From contig CAMENN010000001.1 of assembly GCA_945928315.1 (NCBI GenBank), positions 142-64,141 of the forward strand: 64,000 bases of DNA, read 5' to 3'. Within the stretch, counting starts at the first letter, position 1. Each line of letters opens with the position of its first letter. This stretch comes from an uncultured Clostridia bacterium. Its GTDB lineage: Bacteria; Bacillota; Clostridia; Christensenellales; Aristaeellaceae. The notes beneath the pieces are model-generated. The model ran no database searches and was not told the DNA's origin. It saw only the letters and a list, made by a program, of their open reading frames with translations. Both the position numbers and the translations under genes were made by a program. This document shows positions 34,426 through 43,389 of the stretch, piece by piece.

Positions 34426-36483
34426 ATGTTTGAGCTGAACGGACCGGTGCTGCACTACGCGCTGGACGACGCCGGACGCTGCGCCTCCTTCATCCATGTG
34501 CCAACCGGCCACGAGACCGTGGAGCTGCCCGGGCATATCTTCAAGCTCATCTACTCCATCCCCGGCACGGAGCAGCAGGAGTGCGCCGCCTGGCAGCAGG
34601 ATCAGCAGGGCGAAATCCGCCAGGAGGGCGACGCGATCACCCTGCGCTATGACCGCATCATCGGCGAGGAGGGCCGCGTCATCGACGCGACGCTGACCCT
34701 GCGCATCGCCATGGAGGCGCGGGGCCTGCGCGTCACCGCCGCGCTCGAAAGCCGCGACCCGTCCGTCATCCTGCAGGAATTGCAGGTCACGCCCGTCTCC
34801 GGCGTGCGCTCGCTGTCCGGCCGTCACGAGGAGGACTTCCTCGCCTGGCCGCGCGATCTGGGCATCCGCGTGCCCGATCCGGCCTACAGCGACCTGTCCA
34901 CCTACGCGGGCTTCCGCAAGTACGAGCGCCACGACCAGTTCCACACGGACATGGACGCGCTGTATCAGGGCCAGCGGGCCTCGATGCAGTGGTTTGACTG
35001 GTACAACGCGCGCGAGGGATTGTACATCGGCTCGGAGGACACCACGCGCCAGGCGCTGTGCCTGCACGCCGAGCGCGACACGAAGCAGAACGTGCTTCGC
35101 TTCGGCATCATCCGCTACCCGATGCTCGCCGCGGGCGAAAGCTGGGAGGGACAGGCCATCGACTGCTTCCCGCACATGGGCGACTGGCACGCCGGCTCGC
35201 ACATCTACCGCGCGTTCATGGAGAAGGACGGCGGCTATGTGCCCCCGAAGCGCCCGGACTGGTGCCGGGACATGACCGGCTGGCTGCGCGTCATCCTCAA
35301 GCAGCACCACGGCGGACTCAACTGGGATTACAGCGACATCCCCGCCCTCTACGACGAGACGGAGGCCGCGGGCTTCCACACGCTCTACCTGCTGGGCTGG
35401 GAGAAGGGCGGCTTTGCGCGCATGTGGCCGGACTATGTGGTCGATGAGCGCATGGGCGGCGAACAGAAGCTGCGCGAGGGCATCGAGTACGTCCACAGCA
35501 AGGGCGGCCGGGTGCTGATGTTCCTGAGCTACGCACTGGTCGATCACCGCAGCGACTTCTTCCGTCTGGAGGGCGGCGACAGCGTGCCGATCCGGTCCAT
35601 CTGGGGGGAGGACATCCCCTTCAGCGAGACATACTGCGGCGAGGGCACCTACCGCAAGATCGGCAATCCGGCGATGCCCATGGTGCTGGCCTGCCCCGGC
35701 GCGCCGCTGTGGCAGGAGAAGATGAAGTGGGCCGCGAAGCAGTGCCTCGACCTCGGCGCGGACGGCGTGCTCTACGACATCGGCGGCTGGTATCCGTACT
35801 TCTGCTACGCCGAGGGGCACACGCACAAAAAGCCCAGCCACTCCCACGAGAGCAAGGCAGCCAACTACCGCGGCCTGCGCGAGTACGTCAAGTCCTTCGG
35901 CGAGGACAAGATCATCCTCATGGAGCACAACGTCGACCTCTACGGGCAGAGCATGGACATCTCCCACGGCGCGAACAGCCAGCCGGACGCGCGGCTACTC
36001 GACCCGGTGTCGGCGGAGGACCTTTCCCGCGCCGGGCAGGACAGGCGGCTTTCGGAGATGTACCTGTACACCTTCCCGGAGCTGCTGACGACCAACCGCG
36101 AATGCGGCGAGGACGAGGATCACTACCGCGCGATGGCGGGCTACAGCTTCCTGCTGGGCCTGCGCTTTGACATGACGATCTACCGCTGCTGCGGCAGCCT
36201 GAAGGATCTGCCCGCGTACACGGCCTATTTGAAGGAGCTCAACGCGCTCTACCGCCGGTACGAGAAGCACCTGCTGCGCGGCCGCTTCGTGGATACGGAC
36301 GGCTTCACCGCCGACAACCCGTACGTCTACGTGAAGGGCTGGCAGGCGGAGGACGGCACGCTGGCCGTGACGATCTGGAACCCGACGGCGCACGAGCGCA
36401 CGGTGAACATCACCTGCGCGGCGACGGGCAGGGTCACGCAGATCACCGTCCCGGCCGAGATGGCCACCGCGGCGGAGATCTGA
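34426..36483 (+). CDS. GH-like TIM-barrel protein (DUF6259-like), paralogue of 13997-16192
   Basis: Start ATG 34426 (RBS AGAGAGGAA). FHTLYLLGWEKGGFARMWPDY...GGRVLMFLSY...GADGVLYDIGG is colinear with the paralogue. Confidence 0.6.
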   Translation: MFELNGPVLHYALDDAGRCASFIHVPTGHETVELPGHIFKLIYSIPGTEQQECAAWQQDQQGEIRQEGDAITLRYDRIIGEEGRVIDATLTLRIAMEARGLRVTAALESRDPSVILQELQVTPVSGVRSLSGRHEEDFLAWPRDLGIRVPDPAYSDLSTYAGFRKYERHDQFHTDMDALYQGQRASMQWFDWYNAREGLYIGSEDTTRQALCLHAERDTKQNVLRFGIIRYPMLAAGESWEGQAIDCFPHMGDWHAGSHIYRAFMEKDGGYVPPKRPDWCRDMTGWLRVILKQHHGGLNWDYSDIPALYDETEAAGFHTLYLLGWEKGGFARMWPDYVVDERMGGEQKLREGIEYVHSKGGRVLMFLSYALVDHRSDFFRLEGGDSVPIRSIWGEDIPFSETYCGEGTYRKIGNPAMPMVLACPGAPLWQEKMKWAAKQCLDLGADGVLYDIGGWYPYFCYAEGHTHKKPSHSHESKAANYRGLREYVKSFGEDKIILMEHNVDLYGQSMDISHGANSQPDARLLDPVSAEDLSRAGQDRRLSEMYLYTFPELLTTNRECGEDEDHYRAMAGYSFLLGLRFDMTIYRCCGSLKDLPAYTAYLKELNALYRRYEKHLLRGRFVDTDGFTADNPYVYVKGWQAEDGTLAVTIWNPTAHERTVNITCAATGRVTQITVPAEMATAAEI

Positions 36484-36513
36484 TACTGATTTCATTCCGA
36501 ATTGCTTTCCTAA

Positions 36514-36682
36514 GCGCGAAGCGAAGAAGGGGTCTGGGGACTGATCCCCAGGCTGGGGGGTTGGGGGATGAAATCCCCCAACGTTCCCATATCGCGAAGC
36601 GATTCAGAAAAAAGTAGTCAGGGAGCGAAGCGTTACCTGACGGTCGGTTTTCGAACAGCTCGGCTTTATTTGAGAATAGTAT
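36514..36682 (+). repeat. Composite hairpin repeat R7 (alpha - beta - gamma - epsilon)
   Basis: Colinear with R4. Ends with TGAGAATAGTAT (36671-36682). Confidence 0.92.
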
Positions 36683-36692
36683 TAGACATAGC

Positions 36693-36725
36693 AGAAGGGT
36701 CAGGGGCAATGCCCCTGACCCTTCT
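36693..36725. terminator. Strong hairpin between the convergent GH-like and LRR genes (no clear U tract)
   Basis: GAAGGGTCAGGGGC-AAT-GCCCCTGACCCTTC. Confidence 0.55.
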
Positions 36726-36775
36726 TCCTTGTGCTTGTCGCCGGATTATCTCCGGAAACCGCAGATTCCCCCGCA

Positions 36776-39700
36776 TCAATCCGCCGTCATGTGCAGCAGC
36801 ATGGAGCCCATATAGTCAAGGTCCATGCCCTCCTGCGTCGGCGTGAGCAGCATCGGGGTGCCGTAGTAGTCCAGCGTGAGCGTGCCGTCCCCGTTATCGC
36901 TCCACCTGAGGGCCGGAACCGGCACGTTCACCATCACGAAGTCCGCCGTGCCGTCCGCGTGCAGCGTGACCGCATACTCGCCGCCCAGGTTCGCAGCCGG
37001 CATCGTGTAGCCGCTGACCTCCGCCGTGCGCGCGATGAACTTTCGCTCCAGATACGCGCCGTCTACAGTGACCGGCGCAGCCGGGGCCGCAGGCTCAGGA
37101 ACGGGAGCCGCAACGTCCGGTGCAGAGGCGCTTTCCTCCGGCGCCCAGTCCGCGTCCTCGTCCCGGCTGAACATCATGTAGCCACCCAGCTGCGTGCCGT
37201 ACTGCATGAAGCCGCCGTTCAGCAGCGTGAGCACCATTCCCACGCCGTCGGCGCTCTCGCCGACGTACACGTTGCCCGTCTCCTCATCCTGATACCAGAC
37301 CTGCGGCGTGGCACCGGCATAGTCGAGCGCACCGGTGCCGTCCGCGTCGAGCGTCAGCGTGATGCGCAGGCCCAGCGTGCGCGGATCGCCCGTCAGCCCG
37401 CCGGTGGACAGATACACCGCGTGCCAGGTGCCCACATAGTCAAGCAGCCCGTCGCCCACGGTCTGCGGGCCATCCGGGAGATTCGGGGAGGCCGGAGCCT
37501 CGCCCGCCTCGCCGCGCACGAAGTAGACCCTGTCGCCCTCGTCGTCCATGCACAGCTCACCTTCCGCCGTCATCACCATGAGCGTGCCGTCAAGGTCGCA
37601 CGCGCCGTCCACATACGTCCACGTGGACGTGTCCTCCTCGCCGAACGAGAACAGCGTTGCCGTGCCGTCCTCGCCCAGCGTCAGCGTCATTTCAAATCCA
37701 AGATCGGCGACGTTCAGGCGCATGCCCTCGGTCTCCATCACGGTCGCCGTCCACGTGCCCACGAAGTCCTCAAAGGACGCATAGACCGTCTCAAGCTCCG
37801 CACCGGCGGGCTCCGGGGCGCTGGGCGTATAGCTCTCGGCGGAGGTGAAGATCATCTTCGACTCGCCGTCATCCATGCAGAGCGTGCCGTCCTCGCCGAG
37901 CGTGATCGCCGTGCCCTCCACAAAGGCCACGCCGTCCTGCACATTCCATGTGCCAAGCTCCTGCTCGCCCGACATCGTCAGCTCGGCGGTGCCGTCCGCG
38001 TTCAGCGTCATCAGGAAGTCGAGTCCCAGCGCCACAGGATCGAGCGGCGTGCCCTCGAGCTCCATCTCCGTGCAGTACCAGCTGCCCACAAACGGCGCGC
38101 CGGCCTCGCCGACGGGCATCGCAGGCGCGGGCGTGGCGGTCGGCTCGGGCGTGGGCATCGGGGTGCTGCGGACCGCCGCAAGCAGCGCGGAGACGTCCGG
38201 CAGCTGCGCCGGGTTGGTCAGGCACGCCGCCTGCGCGAAGGCCTCCGTGCCGTCCATGTTCAGGAAGGCGTACTCGCTGATCTCCTGCGTGTACGCGCCC
38301 AGATAGACCGTCGTGAGGCTCTCGCAGCCGTCGAACACATAGCGGTCGAGGCTGCGCACGCCGTTCACGAACACGACCTCGCGCAGGCTCGTGCAGCCGG
38401 AGAACAGGCCCTCGGGCACCACATCGAGCGGCGCGTAGCAGACGACTGTCTCCAGCGTCTCGCAGTTCTGGAAGGCGTATGCCGAAAGCTCCGTGTACGT
38501 CTCCGGGATGACCAGCGAGCGCACGGGCAGCTCCACGTCGAAGTTGTCGCCATAGCTGGCGCGGGTCAACGCGTTGCCGCCGACCATCGTCAGCGCCACG
38601 CCGTCGATTTTGCGCGGGAGCACGAGGTTCAGCTCGTAGCCCTGATAGGCATCCAGCCGCGCATAGTCCTCGTCATACCAGAAGTCGTCGCCGTCCGTCT
38701 CCGCAAAGGGCATGACGGCAACCGTCGCGGGCGTCTCGCCCACGCGCGGCAGCGGGTCGTTCCAGGCGCGCCCGAGCTTCGCGCTCAGCGCGGCAACCTG
38801 CTCGCCCGTCGCGTCCGCCGCGGCGTAAACCTCGCCCACGCCCGCCAGCAGCGTCGTCGCGTCCTCCGGCAGTGCAGAGGCATCGCACAGCAGGGTCACT
38901 TTGGAAAGATTCGTGCAGCCGTCAAACGCGCCTGCCCCGATGCTCACGAGCGACGCCGGAAGCGTGATCTCCGTGATGCCCGTGCAGCCCGCGAACGCGC
39001 CCTCGCCGATGGTTTCAAGCGACGCCGGGAGCGCAAGCTCCGTGAGGTTCGTGCAGCCCGCGAACGCGCCGTCGCCGATCGTTGTGATGGAGCCGAACAG
39101 CTCCACATATTCGACGCTGCTGTCCGCGAACGCCTCGTTGCCGATCGTCGTGAACCAGCCGCAGTGATGCGGGTAGAAGGAGCGGATCGTCCGGTTGCCC
39201 TTGAACACGCCGTCGCCCAGCGCGGTGACGTTGATGTCGTCGTAGCCCGTCCAGACGGTCAGGTCGGGCGCGTCGCCGGTGTAGACCGTCCACACGCCGT
39301 TCTCAATGCGCGTCACGGACGGCTCGTTGACCGGGTACTCCGCCACGCCGGCATCCTCCGGGTTGCTGATCCAGACCGTGCAGTCCGGGCACTGCTCCGC
39401 CAGCAGCGCGGCATAGGCGTCGCGGACTTCAAACGAGCAGTCCCACGGCAGGTCGAGGTCCTCGACACACGTGTCCGCAAAGGCATCCGGCGCGATGTCG
39501 ACGGGCGCGTAGAGGTCGAACACCAGATAGTTCAGGCTGGTGCCCGCAAAGGCGCGGGAGCCGATGCGCTCCACGTTTTTGCCGAGGTACAGCTCCGAGC
39601 ACCACGCGTTTTCAAACGCGCTCTCGCCGATGACGCGCAGGGACTCCGGCAGCTCCAGCGCGTCGTTGTGGCGATTGTACACGAACGCGCGGTCGCCGAT

Positions 39701-40630
39701 CTCCTCAAGGCCCTCGTTCCACACGATCAGGCTGCCGGCAACGTTGTGGAACGCCTCCGCGCCGATGATGCGCAGCGTGGAGGGAAACACGATGTACTCG
39801 ATGTTGCACGCCTGACGGAACGCCTGCGCACCGATCGTTTCAAGCCCTTCCGGCAGAATCAGGCCGTAGATCGAATAATCGTTGCGCATCGCTTCCTCGC
39901 CGATGGCGCGCACCGGCACGCCGCCGATGCTCTCCGGGATGACGAGCCATGCGTCCATGCCGATATAGCTGGTGATTTCGCCCGTCTCCGCGTCGATCTC
40001 GAAGTCACTCTCCTCGATGGTGTCCTCCACGACGACGGCGTTTTGCCCGCTCGCGCGCAGGCGGCTTGCCGCGCCGTTCGCGTCCGCGAGCGCCGCCGCG
40101 TAGGCATCCATCTGGTCGTCCGGCACGACGATCACGCAGTCGTCCGGCAGCCAGTCAAACAGCCAGTCCGGCTGGTCAAACACCGGGCACTCGCCCAGGA
40201 AGCGCACCTCGCGCAGGCTCTCGCAGGAGCTGAACGAGCCGCTGACATAGCGCACGGACGCGGGCACCGTGACGCTTTCAAGCGACCTGCAGCAGTTGAA
40301 GTTGCTCGCGCCAATGACCTGCAAGCCTTCGGGCAGCGTCACGTCCGTCAGAGCGTCCATAAAGCTGACGACGCCCTGCTGCAGCGCGCGCAGCGTGTCA
40401 GGGAACGTGAGGCTGGTGACGTCGTGCTGGTTTTGCAGCTCGCCGCTGCCGATGGCGTTCACCAGGCAGCCGTCCACCTCGTCGGGCACGACGACATCGC
40501 CGCTGAGCGTGCCGTCGAGCTTCGCATACAGGTTGTAGGCATCGTAGCTCCATACGCCCTCCTCCGCCGGTGCGGGCAGTGCGAGCGCCAGCAGACACAG
40601 AACCGTCAGCAGCATGATGGTCTTTTTCAT
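36776..40630 (-). CDS. Secreted BspA-type leucine-rich-repeat protein with four C-terminal ~110-aa repeats
   Basis: Signal peptide MKKTIMLLTVLCLLALALPAPA. Many ...IGxxAFxxCxxL... LRR_5-type units. A Pro/Thr linker, then four FVG(S/T)W...DGT...-type modules. Confidence 0.85.
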   Translation of the reverse strand: MKKTIMLLTVLCLLALALPAPAEEGVWSYDAYNLYAKLDGTLSGDVVVPDEVDGCLVNAIGSGELQNQHDVTSLTFPDTLRALQQGVVSFMDALTDVTLPEGLQVIGASNFNCCRSLESVTVPASVRYVSGSFSSCESLREVRFLGECPVFDQPDWLFDWLPDDCVIVVPDDQMDAYAAALADANGAASRLRASGQNAVVVEDTIEESDFEIDAETGEITSYIGMDAWLVIPESIGGVPVRAIGEEAMRNDYSIYGLILPEGLETIGAQAFRQACNIEYIVFPSTLRIIGAEAFHNVAGSLIVWNEGLEEIGDRAFVYNRHNDALELPESLRVIGESAFENAWCSELYLGKNVERIGSRAFAGTSLNYLVFDLYAPVDIAPDAFADTCVEDLDLPWDCSFEVRDAYAALLAEQCPDCTVWISNPEDAGVAEYPVNEPSVTRIENGVWTVYTGDAPDLTVWTGYDDINVTALGDGVFKGNRTIRSFYPHHCGWFTTIGNEAFADSSVEYVELFGSITTIGDGAFAGCTNLTELALPASLETIGEGAFAGCTGITEITLPASLVSIGAGAFDGCTNLSKVTLLCDASALPEDATTLLAGVGEVYAAADATGEQVAALSAKLGRAWNDPLPRVGETPATVAVMPFAETDGDDFWYDEDYARLDAYQGYELNLVLPRKIDGVALTMVGGNALTRASYGDNFDVELPVRSLVIPETYTELSAYAFQNCETLETVVCYAPLDVVPEGLFSGCTSLREVVFVNGVRSLDRYVFDGCESLTTVYLGAYTQEISEYAFLNMDGTEAFAQAACLTNPAQLPDVSALLAAVRSTPMPTPEPTATPAPAMPVGEAGAPFVGSWYCTEMELEGTPLDPVALGLDFLMTLNADGTAELTMSGEQELGTWNVQDGVAFVEGTAITLGEDGTLCMDDGESKMIFTSAESYTPSAPEPAGAELETVYASFEDFVGTWTATVMETEGMRLNVADLGFEMTLTLGEDGTATLFSFGEEDTSTWTYVDGACDLDGTLMVMTAEGELCMDDEGDRVYFVRGEAGEAPASPNLPDGPQTVGDGLLDYVGTWHAVYLSTGGLTGDPRTLGLRITLTLDADGTGALDYAGATPQVWYQDEETGNVYVGESADGVGMVLTLLNGGFMQYGTQLGGYMMFSRDEDADWAPEESASAPDVAAPVPEPAAPAAPVTVDGAYLERKFIARTAEVSGYTMPAANLGGEYAVTLHADGTADFVMVNVPVPALRWSDNGDGTLTLDYYGTPMLLTPTQEGMDLDYMGSMLLHMTAD

Positions 40631-40672
40631 GTCTTGTTCCTCCCTTGATCCGTATGTTTCCGTCAGGCCGAT

Positions 40673-41077
40673 CTACAGCGCCTCAAGCGCGGCGGTCAGG
40701 TAGGCCTCCGTCACAGAGGCGTAGAGAAAGCCGTCGATGCGGCCCAGCTGCCGCGCCTGCATGACCCGCTGCGCCAGCTCCGGGTCGGCCACCTCGTCGC
40801 ACAGCAGCACAACGCGGCAGTCCGGCACGAGTGCGCGCGCCGCGTCGCCCTCATCAAGCCGTTCGGGGAGCGTCGCGCCGGGCAGGCGGCTGACGTCCAT
40901 GAGCAGCACGCCGCAGCGGCAGTCCCGGCACAGGCCGGGGATTTCCCGCGCACGCTCCGGCGGCACGCGCTGACAGCGGAACTGTCCGCTGCGCCGCAGC
41001 GCCCCGGCGATCGCCTCGCTCAGCAGGGCGTTGCCCACGCTGATGACGACGTTTCTCACGCCGCACACCTCCTCCAT
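40673..41077 (-). CDS. Stand-alone receiver-like (pseudo-receiver) domain protein
   Basis: 134 aa; an alternative GTG start at 41059 has RBS GGAGGAGG. Keeps the LLMDV Asp position but lacks the N-terminal acidic pair (SVGN) and the conserved Lys. Confidence 0.55.
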   Translation of the reverse strand: MEEVCGVRNVVISVGNALLSEAIAGALRRSGQFRCQRVPPERAREIPGLCRDCRCGVLLMDVSRLPGATLPERLDEGDAARALVPDCRVVLLCDEVADPELAQRVMQARQLGRIDGFLYASVTEAYLTAALEAL

Positions 41078-41082
41078 GATCT
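41049..41082 (-). terminator. Terminator of the 7TM-HK-RR operon, distal to repeat R8
   Basis: The minus strand reads GGAGCTTCCCCC-AAAC-GGAGGAGGCTC followed by TTTTTTT. Confidence 0.7.
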
Positions 41083-41091
41083 CTGGAATTC

Positions 41092-41097
41092 AGTATA
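41092..41097 (-). promoter_or_regulatory. Candidate -10 box (TATACT) upstream of the pseudo-receiver/LRR genes, with no good -35
   Basis: The minus strand reads CGCGCTATACTGAATTC, 15 nt before ATG 41077. Confidence 0.35.
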
Positions 41098-41242
41098 GCG
41101 CGGAACGGGAACCGGCACATCGGCCGGATGGCCAGTTTTTTCCGGAACAAAAAAAGAGCCTCCTCCGTTTGGGGGAAGCTCCGCCGCCGGAGCGTATGCA
41201 GTTTCCGTTCAGGTCTGAACCCCCAGGGTTCCCCGGGAGCCT

Positions 41243-41443
41243 CATACTCATTCTCGTCTAAATTCCTGCTTCACGAATAGCACCCGTCTCAATCGTAGGC
41301 TGCTACGCAGCCTGCTCTGAGACTGCGTTTTCTCTGGGATTTTTGGGCTGCCGCCCAAACCTGCTCAGGGGCACCGCCCCTGAACCCCGCAAGGGGCAGT
41401 GCCCCTTGACCCCGCTTCGCTTCGCGCTGCATAAAGCATTTAG
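41243..41443 (-). repeat. Delta-type repeat R8 (with epsilon-like end)
   Basis: CATACTCATTCTC...TCTAAATTC..., then GTCTCA-[AGGCTGC-TAC-GCAGCCT]-TGAGAC, three GGGG-N-CCCC hairpins, then CGCTTCGCTTCGCGCTGCATAAAGCA. Confidence 0.88.
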
Positions 41444-41456
41444 ACGCAAAGCAGTA

Positions 41457-42089
41457 TCATTCCTCCTCCAGAATCACCAGCCCGCTCTCCCTTGCGCGCA
41501 CGGCCAGCTCCGTGCGGTTGCGCAGGCCGGTCTTCTCCAGCATGCTCAGGATGTGCGCCTTGACCGTGCCCACGGACATGTGCAGCCGCTCGCCGATCTC
41601 CGTGTTCGTGTAGCCGCCGGTCATCTCCCGCAGCACCTCCAGTTCGCGCCCGGTCAGCTCCCGGCTGCTCGCCAGCCCCAGAAACAGCTCCGGCGCGGCG
41701 TCCGGATAGACGCTCTCCCCCGCCGCCGTGCGCCGCATCACGCTCAGGATCGACTCCTCCGAGGCGTCCTTGTACCAGAAGCTCTCCACGCCGATGGCCC
41801 GCGCCCGCGACAGGTAGGAGCACTCCGGCATCGACGTCACCACGATCACCTTCACCTCCGGCGTCTGCCGCTTGATGCGCGCCGCCGCGTCCATCCCCGT
41901 GCAGCTCCCGCGCGTGATCACGTCCATCAGCACCAGATCGACCGCGCTGCGCAGGCAGTAGACGTCCGCCAGCTCCGCGCTGTCGATCGCTGCCGCCAGC
42001 GTAAAGTCCTCCGACCCGGCGATGAGCAGCTCGAACAGCTGCCGCGGCATCGTCTGGTCCTCCACGACCAGCACCCGCTTTTTGCCCAT
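41457..42089 (-). CDS. NarL/LuxR-family response regulator
   Basis: Receiver (VLVVEDQ..., ...VLMDV...) plus a C-terminal LTGRELEVLREMTGGYTNTEIGERLHMSVGTVKAH HTH. Confidence 0.92.
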   Translation of the reverse strand: MGKKRVLVVEDQTMPRQLFELLIAGSEDFTLAAAIDSAELADVYCLRSAVDLVLMDVITRGSCTGMDAAARIKRQTPEVKVIVVTSMPECSYLSRARAIGVESFWYKDASEESILSVMRRTAAGESVYPDAAPELFLGLASSRELTGRELEVLREMTGGYTNTEIGERLHMSVGTVKAHILSMLEKTGLRNRTELAVRARESGLVILEEE

Positions 42090-42090
42090 G

Positions 42091-43389
42091 TCACGCCTCC
42101 TCCACCAGTTCCAGGATCAGGGAAAAGCGCGGCGCGCTCTCGATGCGCATGCCTCCGCCCGCCGCCTCCACCTGCCGCCGCAGCGCCGAGAGCCCGCCGC
42201 CCTCGCGCACCGGGCCGTCCGGCGCGCGCCCGTCGTTGGTCAGCACCGCCGTCAGGCGGCCGCCCGCACGGGTGAGCCGGATGTGCAGCGCCGAGCCGCC
42301 CGCGTGGCGCACGGTGTTCGTCAGGCATTCGTGCGCGGCGTGCAGCAGCAGCGCCATGCAGGGCGAATCCGGCGCGGGCTGCGCGCCCTCCACCGTCACC
42401 GCGACGCCGACGGCCTGCGCCGCCCCGATCAGCGCGGACAGCCCGGCCGTCTCCGGCCGCTCCGTGCCCGTGCCCTCCAGCAGCGCGAGGTTCGTGCGCC
42501 AGAGCGCGAGCACCTGCGCGCGCTGCCGCGCGTCCCCGTGCTGCGCGCCCAGCCGCCGCGCGGCCAGCAGCGCCTGCCCGAAGTCGTCATGGATGCGCAC
42601 CCGGGCCGCAAGCGTCTCCTTTTCCCGCGTCAGCTCGCGAATCTGCGCGCCGTAGCGCCGCAGCCGCCGGTTCATCCGCGCCAGGCGCAGATTCTCCTCG
42701 TGCAGCTGATGGTTCATCGCCTGCTCCTGCGTCACGTCCGAGGCGACGATCTGCACGGCGCGCTCCCCGCCGACGTCGATCGCGCTGCGCGCAAAGCTCC
42801 AGACCCGCCCGTCCGGCGTGCGCAGGATCGGCGCGTCGCCCGATGCGAGCACCTGACAGCCCGCCTCCACATCGCCCGATGCGACGCGCCGCCAGAAATC
42901 CTCGCCGTTGAGCAGCGGGCCGCCGGTCAGCGCGCCGCTGAGCGCGTTCATGCGCACGTTCACCAGCCGCGGCAGGCCGTCGCGCACATAGAAGCACAGC
43001 CCCGCCGGGAGCTGATCGATGCCCTCCTTGACCGAGGCCGCGGAGATGTGCGCGCGCCGCCAGGCCCGCAGGCGCAGCAGCGACAGCGCGCAGGCGGCGG
43101 CCGTCAGCGCCAGAAGCAGCAGAAGGCCTCCGAGCGGCAGGCGCCCCGCCGGCCCCGTCAGGGGCAGCAGGTCCGGCGCGTCAAAGCCCTGATGCATGCC
43201 GTCGAGCAGCGCGCACAGCAGCGCAAAGCAGAGCACACTGGGCAGCGCGCACAGCCTGGCGATCGTCCCCGGCGCGCGGCACAGCGCCGCCTTCACCGCC
43301 GCGCACAGCCCGACGCACAGCAGCAGCAGCGTCAGCGTGCACAGCGCGCCCTGCGCGTTCCCGGAAAGCGCATGGAAGGCCGTGCTCAT
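42091..43389 (-). CDS. Sensor histidine kinase (HisKA_3 / NarX-DegS type)
   Basis: Two N-terminal TM segments, H-box RVRIHDDFGQAL, and an HATPase region ...TNTVRHAGG...GGGLSALRRQVE. Confidence 0.88.
   Translation of the reverse strand: MSTAFHALSGNAQGALCTLTLLLLCVGLCAAVKAALCRAPGTIARLCALPSVLCFALLCALLDGMHQGFDAPDLLPLTGPAGRLPLGGLLLLLALTAAACALSLLRLRAWRRAHISAASVKEGIDQLPAGLCFYVRDGLPRLVNVRMNALSGALTGGPLLNGEDFWRRVASGDVEAGCQVLASGDAPILRTPDGRVWSFARSAIDVGGERAVQIVASDVTQEQAMNHQLHEENLRLARMNRRLRRYGAQIRELTREKETLAARVRIHDDFGQALLAARRLGAQHGDARQRAQVLALWRTNLALLEGTGTERPETAGLSALIGAAQAVGVAVTVEGAQPAPDSPCMALLLHAAHECLTNTVRHAGGSALHIRLTRAGGRLTAVLTNDGRAPDGPVREGGGLSALRRQVEAAGGGMRIESAPRFSLILELVEEA

Noticed and set aside
36693-36725. 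Treating all repeat hairpins as simple rho-independent terminators
   Set aside because: Most repeat hairpins lack a following U tract. Separate canonical terminators usually lie distal to the repeats. Copies also occur inside operons (18033-18157, 9018-9177).
36731-40648. 1305-aa ORF on the + strand. The same issue applies to 2326-4542(-), 7506-8903(-), 9068-11302(-), 12902-14542(-), 14732-17017(-), 18191-20569(+), 22687-25410(+), 25742-28030(+), 34336-35967(-) and 57817-59043(+).
   Set aside because: All lie antisense to genes with clear family signatures, are rich in R/A/G/H/D/V, and lack RBSs. I treated them as GC-driven open frames.
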